This document shows positions 30,140-39,184 of a stretch of DNA of 64,000 nt, one piece after another; the first letter of the stretch is position 1, and every line of letters begins with the position of its first letter. The translations under genes and the position numbers were made by a program. The stretch covers positions 2,087 through 66,086 of the forward strand of contig JAUNHA010000006.1 of the NCBI GenBank assembly GCA_030524135.1. Reading direction: 5' to 3'. Origin of the DNA: Eubacteriales bacterium (lineage in GTDB: Bacteria; Bacillota; Clostridia; Lachnospirales; Lachnospiraceae). The notes beneath the pieces were generated by a model. It ran no database searches. It had not been told where the DNA came from and was given only the letters and a program-made list of their open reading frames with translations.

Positions 30140-30401
30140 TAAAACTTTACTCCTTGATATCCCTTGAGCGATGCAAAGAAAGACCGCCAGGGATTTCTTT
30201 CTCAGCCCGTATTTTTACTTATACTTTTAACTGAATAATCATAACACCAAGTCCCGTTTTAAGCAAGGAAGATGCGGGAAATTCAGAAAAAGTTTACATC
30301 TTGGCAATATCTCCTGTTCTGTTTTTATCCGTCTTTCGTGAACACATTGTGAACATGCACAACATTTCTTATATATTTTCTTTCATGTTTGTTAAAAACA
30401 G

Positions 30402-30430
30402 TCGAATTTTCTTTCCGGTTATGCTATAAT
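30402..30430 (+). promoter_or_regulatory. putative extended -10 promoter of hpf
   Basis: TGcTATAAT at 30422-30430 with a weak -35. This predicts a leader of about 165 nt. Confidence 0.45.
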
Positions 30431-30599
30431 GAGTTTGACCGAAATTCATTGCGGAAGTATTTTTCGCAAACGGTCACAGCGTGAGACCCGCAGTCAGGAC
30501 AGCTTTTTCGAGACGTTTTTCGTACTGCATACAGCGGAAAAAGACGTATCTCTCTTATTCCTGCCGGTTCTCATAGAAAACGAGAAGGGAAGTGGCTAT

Positions 30600-31130
30600 A
30601 TGAAATTCACTATCACAGGACGCAACATCAACTTAACGGAAGGTCTCAAAAACCAGGTTGAAAAGAAACTCGGCAAGCTTTCCAAATACTTCTCTCCTGA
30701 TACGATGGTAAATGTTACCCTCTCCGTCCAGAAGGATGTGCACACGATCGAGGTTACCATCCCGGTAAAGGGCGGACTGATCCGTGCTGAAGAGGGCTCG
30801 AGCGACATGTACGTATCGATCGATCTTGTTGAAGAGATCATCGAGCGCCAGATCCGCCGCCACAGAAAGAAACTCATCGATAAGACGCAGAGCGCAGAGT
30901 CTTTCTCCAAGCTTTTCGCTGAAGAAGAGCCCGCGGCAGAGGAAGAAGAAATCCGCATCGTAAAGGTTAAAAAGTTTGACTTTAAGCCGATGGATCCTGA
31001 AGAGGCATGCCTCCAGATGGAACTCCTCGGTCATAATTTCTTTGTATTCAAGAACGCGGAAACAGATGAGACCTGCGTAGTATATAAGAGAAAGGGCGAT
31101 ACCTACGGGCTGATCGAGCCGGAAAACTGA
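30600..31130 (+). CDS. hpf: ribosome hibernation-promoting factor, long form
   Basis: ORF 30429.. trimmed to ATG 30600 (RBS GAAGGGAAG). N-terminus MKFTITGRNINLTEGLKNQVEKKLGKL... plus the C-terminal dimerisation domain (FFVFKNAETDETCVVYKRKGDTYGLIE). Confidence 0.9.
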   Translation: MKFTITGRNINLTEGLKNQVEKKLGKLSKYFSPDTMVNVTLSVQKDVHTIEVTIPVKGGLIRAEEGSSDMYVSIDLVEEIIERQIRRHRKKLIDKTQSAESFSKLFAEEEPAAEEEEIRIVKVKKFDFKPMDPEEACLQMELLGHNFFVFKNAETDETCVVYKRKGDTYGLIEPEN

Positions 31131-31136
31131 TTCTTC

Positions 31137-31165
31137 TTGACATACCGTCATACCCTACATATAAT
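31137..31165 (+). promoter_or_regulatory. consensus sigma-A promoter with no downstream CDS
   Basis: TTGACA (31137-31142), 17-bp spacer, TATAAT (31160-31165). Confidence 0.65.
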
Positions 31166-31171
31166 GAGAGT

Positions 31172-31346
31172 ATCAGATAGGCAACGGCGTGTGTCTATCC
31201 AAGCGCAGAAGCGTAACAGCGTACCGGAATGCCTTGTTATGTGGAGCTTTCGAGAGGGGTTGTGCAGTGAAACCTCAAACCGGAGTAGGTATTAGCCGAA
31301 AGAAAATGCTCATTACCGTCCTGCATTTGCAGGACGGTTTTATTTT
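31172..31346 (+). ncRNA. candidate small RNA of about 175 nt (class unknown) downstream of hpf
   Basis: It is bounded by the consensus promoter and a strong intrinsic terminator. No RBS-preceded ORF is present, and the next gene is convergent. Confidence 0.5.
31315..31346 (+). terminator. rho-independent terminator
   Basis: 10-bp stem ACCGTCCTGC (31315-31324) / GCAGGACGGT (31329-31338) followed by TTTTATTTT. Confidence 0.85.
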
Positions 31347-31348
31347 AG

Positions 31349-32242
31349 TTAATCACCTGAAATATCGCTGCCAAAATATTTCTCTGAGATCCGTGACAGC
31401 TCGCCGGATTCCCGCATTTCATCGATAGCTTCATTGACTGCTGCACGAAGCTGCTCCGTCTCAGCGCCCTTCCGCATCGGGATCGCTACTTCTGATGCCG
31501 TATCAGTCAAAGCCGCAATTTTGATATCTGCATCCGGATGTGCTTTCATATAATCATAATAAGTCAGCTCCGCATTGAGCGTCGCATCGATCCGTCCGGA
31601 AAGAAGCAATTCAAAGGTCTGATTCAGATCATCCACACCCGTTACGTTTGCGCCATAGCTTTCAGCCAGTTCGGCATAGGTACTTGAGATCGTATTTGCT
31701 GTATTTTTTCCATTCAGGTCTTCAAAGGAATGGATTTCATCATTGCCGCCTTTCACAATGACAGCCGTCCGGTTATAGGCATACGGCTCAGAAAAATCAT
31801 ATTTTTCCGCGCGCTCCTCCGTGATGTCGACGCCGTTCACGACAAGATCATAACGACCCGCGTCAAGACCTGCAAAAAGCCCGTCCCACTCTCCTTCCAC
31901 GAATACCGCCTCGACACCGATATGCTCCGCGATTCCTCTCGCCACCTCTACGTCATAGCCTGTCAGCACATCATTTTCGTCATGATATGTCCACGGAGAC
32001 CATGTGCCTTCCATCGCCACGATCAGTTCTCCCCTGTTCCTGATTTCCGCAAGGAGATCGGTTTCTGCTGTTTCTGACGTTGTTTCTGCTGATGCAGCTC
32101 CGGCTGAAGCTGCTGTCTGCGCCTCCCCTGCTGTCTCACTGCCTCCGGCAGCGGATGCCGCTGTATCCTGCCCGCATCCTGCAAGCAGCACAACTGCCGC
32201 TGTCAATATCATTCCGCTTTTAAAATAATTTCTCTTAAACAT
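31349..32242 (-). CDS. amino-acid ABC transporter substrate-binding lipoprotein
   Basis: 297 aa. Signal peptide with lipobox LLAGC, then a type-3 periplasmic-binding-protein (SBP_bac_3) fold pattern. Confidence 0.85.
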   Translation of the reverse strand: MFKRNYFKSGMILTAAVVLLAGCGQDTAASAAGGSETAGEAQTAASAGAASAETTSETAETDLLAEIRNRGELIVAMEGTWSPWTYHDENDVLTGYDVEVARGIAEHIGVEAVFVEGEWDGLFAGLDAGRYDLVVNGVDITEERAEKYDFSEPYAYNRTAVIVKGGNDEIHSFEDLNGKNTANTISSTYAELAESYGANVTGVDDLNQTFELLLSGRIDATLNAELTYYDYMKAHPDADIKIAALTDTASEVAIPMRKGAETEQLRAAVNEAIDEMRESGELSRISEKYFGSDISGD

Positions 32243-32257
32243 GGATAGTTCTCCTCA

Positions 32258-32992
32258 TTATCTTCCTGTATTCCTCAAAAACTCTTTTGTTCTCGCTTCT
32301 TTCGGCGTCTCAAAGAGCTGCTTCGTCCCGCCCGCCTCGACGATCATCCCGTCTTCCATAAAGATCGTCTTTGTCGATACGTTCCTCGCAAACTCCATTT
32401 CATGCGTTACAACCAGCATCGTCCTGCCTTCTGCCGCAAGCTGCCTCATGACTTCAAGCACCTCTCCCGTAAGCTCCGGATCGAGTGCGGATGTCGGCTC
32501 ATCAAAATAAATGATCTCCGGATCCGCCGCGACTGCCCGCGCGATTGCAACACGCTGCTGCTGACCGCCCGAAAGCTGATCCGGGTAGTAGTCATACCTG
32601 CCGGAAAGTCCCACCTGATCAAGCGTCCTGCGGCCGGTCTCCTCCGCTTCCCTGACGGGAAGCCTTCTTGCAGTTATCAGCCCTTCCGTCACATTTTCCA
32701 GTGCTGTTTTGTTTAAAAACAGATTGAAGTTCTGAAACACAAATGCTGTCTTTTTCCGAAGCTCTGCAATCTCCTTTTTTCCCGCCTTGGGAAGGGAAAG
32801 CCTTACACCGTCAAAGATCATTTCTCCGCTGTCCGCTCTTTCCAGAAAATTAAGGCAGCGAAGCAGGGTCGTTTTTCCGGCTCCGCTCGGTCCCAGTATT
32901 GCGACTACATCACCCTTTTCCACGGTAAGATCCACACCCTTCAGGATCTCTGTTCCCTGAAAATTCTTTCTGACATTTCTTACTTTCAGCAT
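32258..32992 (-). CDS. amino-acid ABC transporter ATP-binding protein
   Basis: 244 aa. Walker A GPSGAGKTT, signature LSGGQQQRVAIARA and Walker B IIYFDEPTSALD. Confidence 0.9.
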   Translation of the reverse strand: MLKVRNVRKNFQGTEILKGVDLTVEKGDVVAILGPSGAGKTTLLRCLNFLERADSGEMIFDGVRLSLPKAGKKEIAELRKKTAFVFQNFNLFLNKTALENVTEGLITARRLPVREAEETGRRTLDQVGLSGRYDYYPDQLSGGQQQRVAIARAVAADPEIIYFDEPTSALDPELTGEVLEVMRQLAAEGRTMLVVTHEMEFARNVSTKTIFMEDGMIVEAGGTKQLFETPKEARTKEFLRNTGR

Positions 32993-32995
32993 ATC

Positions 32996-33673
32996 CTACC
33001 CTCTCCTGCGCCCATAAAACGCCAGTCTTTTTTCTCCGATACTTTGCAGCTTTGCGAGTGCCGTTGAAAACAGCAGGTAAATCAGCCCGACCTCCAGATA
33101 CAGCGCAAGCGGCTCATAGGTCCGCGCTACGATCCGCTGCGTCGCCATAAACATCTCCGTCACCGTTATATTAGCTGCGAGAGAGGTATCCTTTACCATG
33201 GCGATCATGGAATTCCCAAGGGACGGAAACGCGATCCGGAACGCCTGCGGCAATACAATTCTCCGCATGATCTGCAGATAGGACATGCCCGCACAATATC
33301 CTGCCTCCATCTGTCCCTCCGGAACAGCTTCGAGCGCGGCGCGCATGACCTCCGCACAATAGGCGCCTTCATTCATGGAAAATACGATCACCGCGGACGG
33401 AAACGGCGGAAGCACGATCCCGAGATTCGGAAGTCCGTAAAAGATGACAAAAAGCTGTACAAGAAGCGGTGTGCCGCGGATCACCCAGATATAAAACCTG
33501 GCAAACTCTTTCAGAACGCGGATCCCCGCAAACTGAACCAGCGCAAGCGCGACCGCGATTACCATGGCAAATCCAAAGGATAAAACGGTTAGCGGGATCG
33601 TAACAGTAAGACCGGGCAACAGTATTTTAAAAAAGGAATCTGCCAGAATCCCGGCGAGACGTTCATTGATCAT
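32996..33673 (-). CDS. amino-acid ABC transporter permease
   Basis: 225 aa. HisMQ-type permease containing an EAA-like loop region. Confidence 0.85.
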   Translation of the reverse strand: MINERLAGILADSFFKILLPGLTVTIPLTVLSFGFAMVIAVALALVQFAGIRVLKEFARFYIWVIRGTPLLVQLFVIFYGLPNLGIVLPPFPSAVIVFSMNEGAYCAEVMRAALEAVPEGQMEAGYCAGMSYLQIMRRIVLPQAFRIAFPSLGNSMIAMVKDTSLAANITVTEMFMATQRIVARTYEPLALYLEVGLIYLLFSTALAKLQSIGEKRLAFYGRRRG

Positions 33674-33804
33674 TTACATACCTCTTGTTTTTTATTATCA
33701 TCACTCTGCTCTGACTTCAGACAGTGGTTTTTGTGTTTTCTATCATAGACAGTTTTGATATTTATGTAAAATGCCTGTATTAAATACCGTAATATGCTTT
33801 ACAG

Positions 33805-34380
33805 CTATTTTTGTATTTCCATCGCCTTCAGCGCAAACGCCATATTCCGACCCAGATTCCTCATATTCTCCAGACCTTCCTGATCCTGCGCTGCATCCCC
33901 GGGAAGGCGTCCGTAAGCCATATTCCAGTAGGTCGAGCCGACCACCAGCATCTCATGATTCAGGAAAAAGTGGTTCATCGTATCCACTGCCTGAAGCGCA
34001 CCGGCTCTGCGGGCTGCTGCCACAGCTGCGCCGGTCTTGTGCGTAAATAAGCCGGGATTCATATCCCCCACAACGGCTGCACGCTCCAGAAACGCCTGCA
34101 TATTGGCGGAAACATTTGCCGAATATACGGGGGAACCTAAGAGAATGCCGTCCGCCTCCTTCATTTTCTCAAAAATCTCCCGAAACATATCCTTGCGGTG
34201 AACACAATTTCCTTTTCCGCCGCAGGCCCAACAGGCGTTGCAGGGCTCGATCACCTGTCCCGCCAACTGAATCAGCTCTGTTTCAATACCTTCTTTATGC
34301 AGCTCCTCAAATACCGTATTGATCAAAAGCGCCGTATTTCCGTCTTTTCTTGCGCTGCTGTTTAATCCGATTACTTTCAT
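33805..34380 (-). CDS. flavodoxin-fold FMN reductase / iron-sulfur flavoprotein-like
   Basis: ORF trimmed to ATG 34380 (RBS GAGGGAAG). MKVIGLNSSARKDGNT, Cys cluster CNACWACGGKGNC, and GSPVY. Confidence 0.75.
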   Translation of the reverse strand: MKVIGLNSSARKDGNTALLINTVFEELHKEGIETELIQLAGQVIEPCNACWACGGKGNCVHRKDMFREIFEKMKEADGILLGSPVYSANVSANMQAFLERAAVVGDMNPGLFTHKTGAAVAAARRAGALQAVDTMNHFFLNHEMLVVGSTYWNMAYGRLPGDAAQDQEGLENMRNLGRNMAFALKAMEIQK

Positions 34381-34443
34381 ATTCTTCCCTCTGCCTTTTA
34401 TTTGATATATCATAATGATCTATTATCTCTCATGATCTGATAT

Positions 34444-35471
34444 TTAGTACCAGTCATGCTTTTCGCCCCGGTCAAGCGCGTTAATCCGCTGCATCTCCTC
34501 ATCCGTCAGCGTAAAGCCGTACAGCTCCGTATTTTCCCGGATATGCTCCGGATTGCTGGAGCCGGGAATGACAACCACGCCCTTCTGCAGGTTCCACCGC
34601 AGAATCACCTGTGCGGAGGAAACGCCGTGGTTTTCCGCAATTGCCGAGATCACCTCATCTCCCAGAAGCTCCGCTGTATGTCCTCTTCCACCAAGGGGAT
34701 ACCAGCCTCCACTACGATGCCCAGACTCTGGATATAGGGAAACACATCATTTTCCTGATAATAAGGATGGATCTCATTCTGTACCAGTGCCGGAGTAATA
34801 TTGACCTGCGGAAGAAATTCTCCCAGTTCCTCTACATACCAGTTGGATAGTCCGATGGAGCGGATTTTGCCTTCCTCTACTGCCTTCTCCATTGCCAGAT
34901 ACGCCTTCACATCATTCCTGTCAGGGTGATGAAGCAGCATCAGATCCACATATCCGATATTCATCCAGTCAAGACAATCCTGAATCGCTTTCTCAGGGTC
35001 TGCCATCTCTGTTCCGAGATAGAGCTTCGTGGTAACAAAAACCTCTTCTCTGGAGATTCCAAGTTCCTCCATGGATTCCCGGATCGCCTGGCCGATCTCC
35101 TCTTCATTGCCGTAAGCGGAAGCCGTATCGATCAGCCGCACGCCGCTTGCCAGCGCGGTCTTCACCGCATTGATGCATTCCTCTCCATGCAGACTGTAGG
35201 TACCAAGACCGTTGATCGGCATCGTGTAACCGCTGTTTAAGGCTACCGTTCTGTTCTCAAAATCAAATTCTCTTACCATCGAACCGCCTGCAGCCTCTGC
35301 ATTTTCATTCACTTCCTCCGTTTCTTCCGAATTGACAGAAGATGTGTCTGCATTCTGTTCTGCTGTCGTTGTCTCCTGTACCGGTGTCTGCTCTGCTCCT
35401 GCAGCAGTTCCACAGGCAGTAAATGCGCCTATACAGACAGCTGATACAAGAAAAGCTGGCATTCGTTTCAT
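34444..35471 (-). pseudogene. aldo/keto reductase with lipoprotein signal peptide, interrupted by a 1-nt frameshift
   Basis: ORFs 34650..35471 and 34444..34653 are the N- and C-terminal parts of one AKR. My translation shows the frame switching at GAGGCT|GGTAT (about 34703/34704). Adding one base restores ...GIVVEAWYPLGGRGHTAELLGDEVISAIAENHG... The N-terminus is MKRMPAFLVSAVCIGAFTACG. Confidence 0.75.
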
Positions 35472-35526
35472 TCATTGCCCTCCTTACAATATCCATCTAC
35501 TTGCTTCAAAACTTGCGCCGAAACGC

Positions 35527-36153
35527 CTACCTGATAAAATTCGTCCAGTGCTGATCCTCTGTCTTTGGCGGCAGCAGCCCCTTTTCCTTTCCTGCTTCCA
35601 GGCATTTCAGCATCCATGCCATGTTATGTCCCAGATTCCGCATGATCTGCAGTCCTTCCAGATCCCGCTCGATTTCTTCTATCTTATTTCCGTGAGCCAT
35701 ATTCCAGTAGGTAGACGATACCACCGGCATGCAGGCATCCGTGAAATACTTGTTGATGACATCCAGCGACGCCGTCGTTCCCGCGCGCCTGGCCGTCACG
35801 ATGGCCGCTCCCGGTTTGAAGCGGAAGTATTCTCCTCCCGCATAAAACATCCGGTCAAGCAGTGCCAGAAACTGTCCGGTTGGATGCGCGTAATAGACAG
35901 GAGAGCCAAAGATAAAGCCGTCCGCCTCCTCCACCTTTTCCAGCCAGTCATTGACCATATCTTCATGGACACAGCGGTTATTTCCGCCATTGTGGCAGAA
36001 ATCGCAGCCCATACAGTCCCAGATCGCTTCGGTTCCCATCTGCAGGATTTCTGTTTTAATTTCATCCTCTTCCAGCGCAGAAGCAACCTCCGTCAATGCC
36101 CGATAAACACAGCCGTCTTTTGTAGTGCTTCCGTTCAATAAAAGAACCTTCAT
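35527..36153 (-). CDS. flavodoxin-fold FMN reductase / iron-sulfur flavoprotein-like
   Basis: ORF trimmed to ATG 36153 (RBS GGGAGGAA). MKVLLLNGSTTKDG, Cys cluster CMGCDFCHNGGNNRC, and GSPVYY. Confidence 0.75.
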   Translation of the reverse strand: MKVLLLNGSTTKDGCVYRALTEVASALEEDEIKTEILQMGTEAIWDCMGCDFCHNGGNNRCVHEDMVNDWLEKVEEADGFIFGSPVYYAHPTGQFLALLDRMFYAGGEYFRFKPGAAIVTARRAGTTASLDVINKYFTDACMPVVSSTYWNMAHGNKIEEIERDLEGLQIMRNLGHNMAWMLKCLEAGKEKGLLPPKTEDQHWTNFIR

Positions 36154-36173
36154 TTCCCTATTCCTCCCACAGC

Positions 36174-37124
36174 TTATGCCATTTCCTTTTCCCATTCGCG
36201 GAGGGTATGCACGCCGGTCTCGTCTCCAAGCTTCTCCAGAAGGGAAACCTCTTCAGCAGACAGCCCGATCTGTGCGGCTGCCGCAGCTTCCTCCACCTGC
36301 TTTACCTTCGTCACACCGATGATCGGCAGCGTTCCCTTTGCGATTGCCCAGGCTGTCGCGATCTGTGCAGGGCTTGCGTTATGCTGCTCTCCGATCCGCT
36401 TCATCTCTGCCAGCAGCTTTTCCAGCTCCGCAAGGTGCGGATTGTAGGACTCACCGCGTCCCGTTCCGGCAGGGAAGGGATGCTCTGTGTTAAATCGTCC
36501 TGTCAGCGCTCCCTGCTCCAACACCATATAGGCATAGAAGGTGATGCCGTTCTCCCTGCAGTAATCTAAAATTCCTGCCCGCTCAGAGGAACGATGCAGC
36601 AAGCTGAAATGATTCTGTACCGCCGAAACCTTCAGACCTTCCGCTGCGAGGATCTCATTTGCCCGCTTGATTTCCGCCAGATTATGATTGGAAACACCGA
36701 TAGATTTAATCTGACCGCTCTTTGCCAGCGGAATCAGCTTTGGCGTCCACTTCTCCACATCAAAGGGATTGTGGATCCAGTAAACATCCATCACCTCTGC
36801 GTTCAGCCGCTCCTTGCTGCCGTCCAGCATCTCCTGCATGGCATCCGGGGAATCACTGGCGATCTGCGGGGTAAATTTCGTGGAGATCAGGATATCCTCT
36901 CTCTTTACGGTTTTCACAAAATCACCGAGGATTTTCTCCGAAGAGCCTTCGCCATAGACGGCTGCTGTGTCCCACAGGTTCAGCCCCAGTTCCATGGCCC
37001 GGTCAAACACCGGCTTTAAATCAGCCTCCGATAAGTGATTTCCAAATACCTGATCTCCTCCGGCAGCTCCCGCTCCCCAGGACCAGGCTCCCAACGCGAT
37101 TTTCGGCATTGTTGTATTCTTCAT
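36174..37124 (-). CDS. aldo/keto reductase
   Basis: 316 aa. The AKR pattern includes GAWSWG, DTAAVYG, GVSNH and IPIIGVTK. Confidence 0.85.
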   Translation of the reverse strand: MKNTTMPKIALGAWSWGAGAAGGDQVFGNHLSEADLKPVFDRAMELGLNLWDTAAVYGEGSSEKILGDFVKTVKREDILISTKFTPQIASDSPDAMQEMLDGSKERLNAEVMDVYWIHNPFDVEKWTPKLIPLAKSGQIKSIGVSNHNLAEIKRANEILAAEGLKVSAVQNHFSLLHRSSERAGILDYCRENGITFYAYMVLEQGALTGRFNTEHPFPAGTGRGESYNPHLAELEKLLAEMKRIGEQHNASPAQIATAWAIAKGTLPIIGVTKVKQVEEAAAAAQIGLSAEEVSLLEKLGDETGVHTLREWEKEMA

Positions 37125-37363
37125 TTCAAGTTTCCTCCCAGTTTTTCTATGTTATAAATCAGGTAGTCCAGACAGTCGATTTCCTTTTGCTTTGTATGCA
37201 CCATCTGAAGCAAGACCTTTTTGTGACAGGAGAGTAATCGCAGCAGCCCGCCTGCATCATCCTTCTCTGCCATCGCCATGCATTTCTGAACCGTTTCTTC
37301 ATCACATCCGGCATCCTCCAGATTTTGAAGAAGAAGTCCTCGCCTGTCATTTGCTTCTGCCAT
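37121..37363 (-). CDS. small hypothetical protein co-transcribed with the AKR
   Basis: 80 aa, helical and acidic. Its stop overlaps the AKR start by 4 nt. No family recognised. Confidence 0.5.
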   Translation of the reverse strand: MAEANDRRGLLLQNLEDAGCDEETVQKCMAMAEKDDAGGLLRLLSCHKKVLLQMVHTKQKEIDCLDYLIYNIEKLGGNLK

Positions 37364-37526
37364 AACCTCACCTCCTGGGGCTTATTTTATCCGCAAGTCT
37401 TTGGAATGTAAAATGCTTAGTTTTGATTTCCAGTTATTCTTGTAGTGAATATCTGTTTCTGCTATACTCTGTTTAACAAAATGCTATATCATAAGCCTAT
37501 CGTGAAATAAACAAGGAGATCTTTCT

Positions 37527-38402
37527 ATGGAGATTCGTGTTTTACGTTATTTTTTAGAAGTGGCAAGAGAAGAAAATATTACAAAGTCTGCTGCTTATCT
37601 GCATGTTTCACAGCCCACTCTGTCCCGCCAGCTAAAAGAGCTGGAGGAGGAGCTGGGCAAAAAGCTATTTGTCCGCAGCAATTATTCGGTAAAGCTGACG
37701 GAGGAAGGGATGCTGCTTAGAAAGCGTGCGGAAGACATCCTGGCAATGGTCGACAAAACGACCGAGGAATTTAAGGCGCTCGATGAAATCAACAGCGGCG
37801 ACATTCACATCGGCTGCGCGGAATCAGAAGGCATGCAGTTTTTTCTGCGTGCTGCAAAAAAGCTGCAGAAAAAATACCCCGGCATCCGGTATCATTTTTA
37901 CAGCAGCGGAACCGATGCCGTAAATGAACGTCTGGAACGGGGCATTCTGGATTTTGCAGTTATTGTGCAGCACGTAGACCTGTCAAAATACAATTATCTG
38001 AGGCTGCCGTCGGATGATACATGGGGACTTTTGATGCGAAAAGACAGTCCTCTCGCAGAAAAGCCGGAGCTTAAGCTCGATGATCTTTTAAATATTCCGC
38101 TGATCTGCTCACGCCAAAGTATGGAGGAAGAGCTTCTCAAATGGTTTGGAGACGATCTGGGCCGGCTCCATATTGCGGCGACCTATGATCTGCTTTTTAA
38201 TGCTTCCATCATGGTGCGGGAGGGTCTCGGGGTTGCGCTCGGCTTTGACAAACTGATCTACACCGGCAGAGACAGCGATCTGTGCTTCCGTCCGCTTTCC
38301 CCCGGTCTTTCCTCTCCGATGTATGTGATCTGGAGAAAATATCAGATGTTTTCTCCCGTGGCAGCGCTTTTGCTGGAAGAATTGAAGAATACGGATTTCT
38401 GA
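37527..38402 (+). CDS. LysR family transcriptional regulator
   Basis: 291 aa. HTH NITKSAAYLHVSQPTLSRQLKELE. It is divergent from the AKR/flavoprotein operon. Confidence 0.85.
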   Translation: MEIRVLRYFLEVAREENITKSAAYLHVSQPTLSRQLKELEEELGKKLFVRSNYSVKLTEEGMLLRKRAEDILAMVDKTTEEFKALDEINSGDIHIGCAESEGMQFFLRAAKKLQKKYPGIRYHFYSSGTDAVNERLERGILDFAVIVQHVDLSKYNYLRLPSDDTWGLLMRKDSPLAEKPELKLDDLLNIPLICSRQSMEEELLKWFGDDLGRLHIAATYDLLFNASIMVREGLGVALGFDKLIYTGRDSDLCFRPLSPGLSSPMYVIWRKYQMFSPVAALLLEELKNTDF

Positions 38403-38473
38403 TTCCGTACAAATATTCTCCACCGCATCATTTTTTTTATTTCATTTTCTGCATACAAAAAGACACAGGGCTT

Positions 38474-38968
38474 TTACACCTGTGCCTCCATCAAAATCGT
38501 TCCCTCCGGAAATGCCTGGCGGAACAAGGTCCGTACAAGCGGTCCCGCAATGATAAGCTGGAACGGAAGTGCCATAATAAAGTTTTTCGGAATATTTGTA
38601 AGCCAGATAAAAAGCAGTGATTCCCAGTTCCCGCTTTTCACACAGGCCTCAAGCCCGCCGTACAGGGACATCAGGATCACCATCGGAATTACCATGCAGC
38701 AGGAAACAGAGATGACCTTTCTCAAATCACTGCTGTCCGGCTTTACGAGAAATCGGAACGCAAAGCCCTTTGCAAGCTTCGAGACGAGAAACCAGTCCAG
38801 GCACATGGCAAAAACATAGGCGATCGGGAAGCCAATCCAGCCTTCTTTGATCGATTCCATATTCAGCGCTCCCATGTGAAGCGCTACGTTGTACATACTC
38901 ATCCATAACACCATTGTAAAACACATCATGATCGTATAAATCAGACTTTCTCTCTTATTTTTCGGCAT
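38474..38968 (-). CDS. membrane protein, resembles the DUF2798 family (two repeats)
   Basis: 164 aa with four predicted helices. The N-terminus KRESLIYTIMMCFTMVLWMSMYNV resembles DUF2798 proteins as I remember them. Confidence 0.55.
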   Translation of the reverse strand: MPKNKRESLIYTIMMCFTMVLWMSMYNVALHMGALNMESIKEGWIGFPIAYVFAMCLDWFLVSKLAKGFAFRFLVKPDSSDLRKVISVSCCMVIPMVILMSLYGGLEACVKSGNWESLLFIWLTNIPKNFIMALPFQLIIAGPLVRTLFRQAFPEGTILMEAQV

Positions 38969-39184
38969 AGTCGTAACTTTCTCCTTATTTTTTTCTCTTT
39001 GAAATTGCCCAACCTGTGTATTTTATCGCTTTTTATTTCATTTTTTAATTCAAATTATTTTATCAGTAATAACCATATCACATTAATACCTTTTGGGAAT
39101 ATCAAATCACCGCTTCTTGCGGGCTCTCTAAATCCGTGTTATATTTGCCGTAATCTTATCCGGACAGAAAGGACAAAACACTTT

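Noticed and set aside
31172-31312. Assignment of the post-hpf sRNA to 6S RNA or to the THF, yybP-ykoY, ykkC or glycine riboswitches.
   Set aside because: The 5' and 3' ends do not pair into a 6S-like closing stem. Only short chance matches (GAGAGTA, GGAGTAG) to riboswitch cores are present, and there is no downstream gene to regulate.
31189-31428. A 79-aa + strand ORF.
   Set aside because: It has a GTG start without an RBS, it runs through the intrinsic terminator, and it extends into the convergent SBP gene.
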